49,561 bases of DNA from a virus. The DNA is taken from the IMG/VR virus record IMGVR_UViG_3300045988_174153, one strand, 5' to 3'. Below, one piece after another: positions 48,543-49,561 of the stretch (positions are counted from its first letter, which is position 1; every line of letters begins with the position of its first letter). Under the pieces are notes generated by a model that worked only from the letters and a program-made list of their open reading frames with translations, was not told the origin of the DNA and made no database searches. The position numbers and the translations under genes were made by a program.

Positions 48543-49561
48543 GCCTTCACGCTCTCCTTCTCCGTGAAGCACGTCCGCTCGGCATACTCGCCCTTCTTCC
48601 CGATGTTGAACGACTGCACAGGCCTGAAGTAACCCATGACACGGGTCCACACCTCACACGCCTCTCCGCACTTCTCGCACACGAAATGCTCACCCGCAAG
48701 ATAGCCGTGGTTGGGGCAAATCGAGAAGGTGGGCGTGATGGTGATGTAGGGAAGATGGAAGTTGGTGAGCGCCCTCTTAACGAGCTTGGCGCACACAGCA
48801 CCGGACGAGATCTTCTCGTTCATGTACAGGTGCAGGACGGTGCCGCCCGTGTACATAGATTGAAGGTCGGCTTGTTCCTCCAGAGCTTGGAAGGCGTCCT
48901 GCGTGTGCGACACAGGAAGCTGGGAGGAATTCGTGTAGTAGGGGTTCTTATCCGTACCGGCCTGGATGATGTTGGAGAACCGCTTGCGGTCTTCCTTGGC
49001 GAACCTGTATGTGGTGCCCTCCGCGGGGGTCGCCTCCAGGTTGTACATGTTTCCAGTCTTCTCCTGATATTGGACGAGGCGCTCCCTCATGTGCGCGAGG
49101 AGCCTCTTCGCAAAGGCGTGACCCCACTCGGTGGTGATGTCTTCCTTATCGTGGGTGAAGTTGCGGATGGCTTCGTTAACGCCATTGACGCCGATCGTCG
49201 AGAAGTGGTTGCCTAATCCCCCGAGGTAGCGCTTGCTGTACGGGAAGAGGCCACGCTCCATGAGCTCGGCGATCTTGATCCTCTTCTTCTCAAGCGTGGA
49301 CGAGGCGAGGTCCATAAGGTGATCCAGCCTCTCGTAGAGCGCTTCTTCGTCACCTGCGTACGTGTACCCGAGCCTTGCAGCGTTCACGGTGACGACGCCT
49401 ATGGAGCCCGTGAGCTCGGCCGAGCCGAACAAACCGTTGCCCCGCTTCAGGAGCTCGCGCAGGTCGAGCTGGAGGCGGCAGCACATCGAGCGGATCATGC
49501 CCGGGTCGAGCTCGGAGTTGATGAAGTTCTGGAAGTAGGGCAGGCCGTACTTCGCGGTCAT
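48539..49561 (-). CDS. nrdD: NrdD, C-terminal part (continues from 823..1 across the junction)
   Basis: Zn-ribbon CPNHGY..CEKCGEAC and glycyl-radical motif TRVMGYFRPV. Confidence 0.9.
   Translation of the reverse strand: MTAKYGLPYFQNFINSELDPGMIRSMCCRLQLDLRELLKRGNGLFGSAELTGSIGVVTVNAARLGYTYAGDEEALYERLDHLMDLASSTLEKKRIKIAELMERGLFPYSKRYLGGLGNHFSTIGVNGVNEAIRNFTHDKEDITTEWGHAFAKRLLAHMRERLVQYQEKTGNMYNLEATPAEGTTYRFAKEDRKRFSNIIQAGTDKNPYYTNSSQLPVSHTQDAFQALEEQADLQSMYTGGTVLHLYMNEKISSGAVCAKLVKRALTNFHLPYITITPTFSICPNHGYLAGEHFVCEKCGEACEVWTRVMGYFRPVQSFNIGKKGEYAERTCFTEKESVKA
49507..49561. repeat. 55-bp end overlap identical to 1..55
   Basis: Direct comparison. Confidence 0.95.

Overview
The window is a complete, circularly permuted dsDNA tailed-phage genome. 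Bases 1-55 are identical to 49507-49561, so the unique length is 49,506 bp. The nrdD gene is split across the window ends.

Host and lifestyle (inference): high GC by eye, a WhiB-family gene, long AGAAAGGAG-type Shine-Dalgarno sites and an anaerobic RNR set (nrdD/nrdG/nrdH) point to an anaerobic or facultative actinobacterial host. I recognised no integrase, repressor or partition gene, so the phage is probably virulent.

Architecture:
- A ~1.2 kb ORF-free control region (18613-19808) drives divergent transcription.
- Leftward arm (18612 down to 1, continuing 49561 down to 45592) carries early, replication and nucleotide-metabolism genes: tmk, dcd, whiB, an SNF2-type helicase, a Cas4-like nuclease, a Sak4-like ATPase, a DUF669-like protein, a primase-polymerase/helicase, polA, nrdH, thyA, nrdD, nrdG, a RuvC-like resolvase and a C5 DNA methyltransferase.
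- Rightward arm (19809-45540) carries a run of tiny genes that each have their own promoter, a lysis-like block, a reverse-oriented two-gene insert, folA, then terminase, portal, capsid, tail, a 1607-aa tape measure protein and tail-tip genes.
- The two arms converge on a bidirectional hairpin at 45559-45591.

Most unusual observations:
1. An array of seven self-contained promoter / duplicated-leader / micro-ORF / hairpin cassettes (19707-22541). In two of them the -35 hexamer sits in the loop of the upstream terminator hairpin. The products include strongly acidic proteins.
2. thyA carries an in-frame insertion of about 200 aa with homing-endonuclease-like DNA-binding motifs. It shows no intein or intron signature.
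3. The control region is dense with repeats: TCGATTTC x5, a GTARGTTAC iteron-like array, two inverted 67-bp three-block elements, an AT-rich island and several palindromes.
4. A perfect (GTT)16 microsatellite and a (CGTCTAT)5 repeat lie in intergenic leaders of the early operon.
5. A reverse-oriented cassette encodes a 2-TM protein plus a 27-aa Trp-rich peptide.

All functional calls rest on motif recognition and synteny from memory. No database search was possible.
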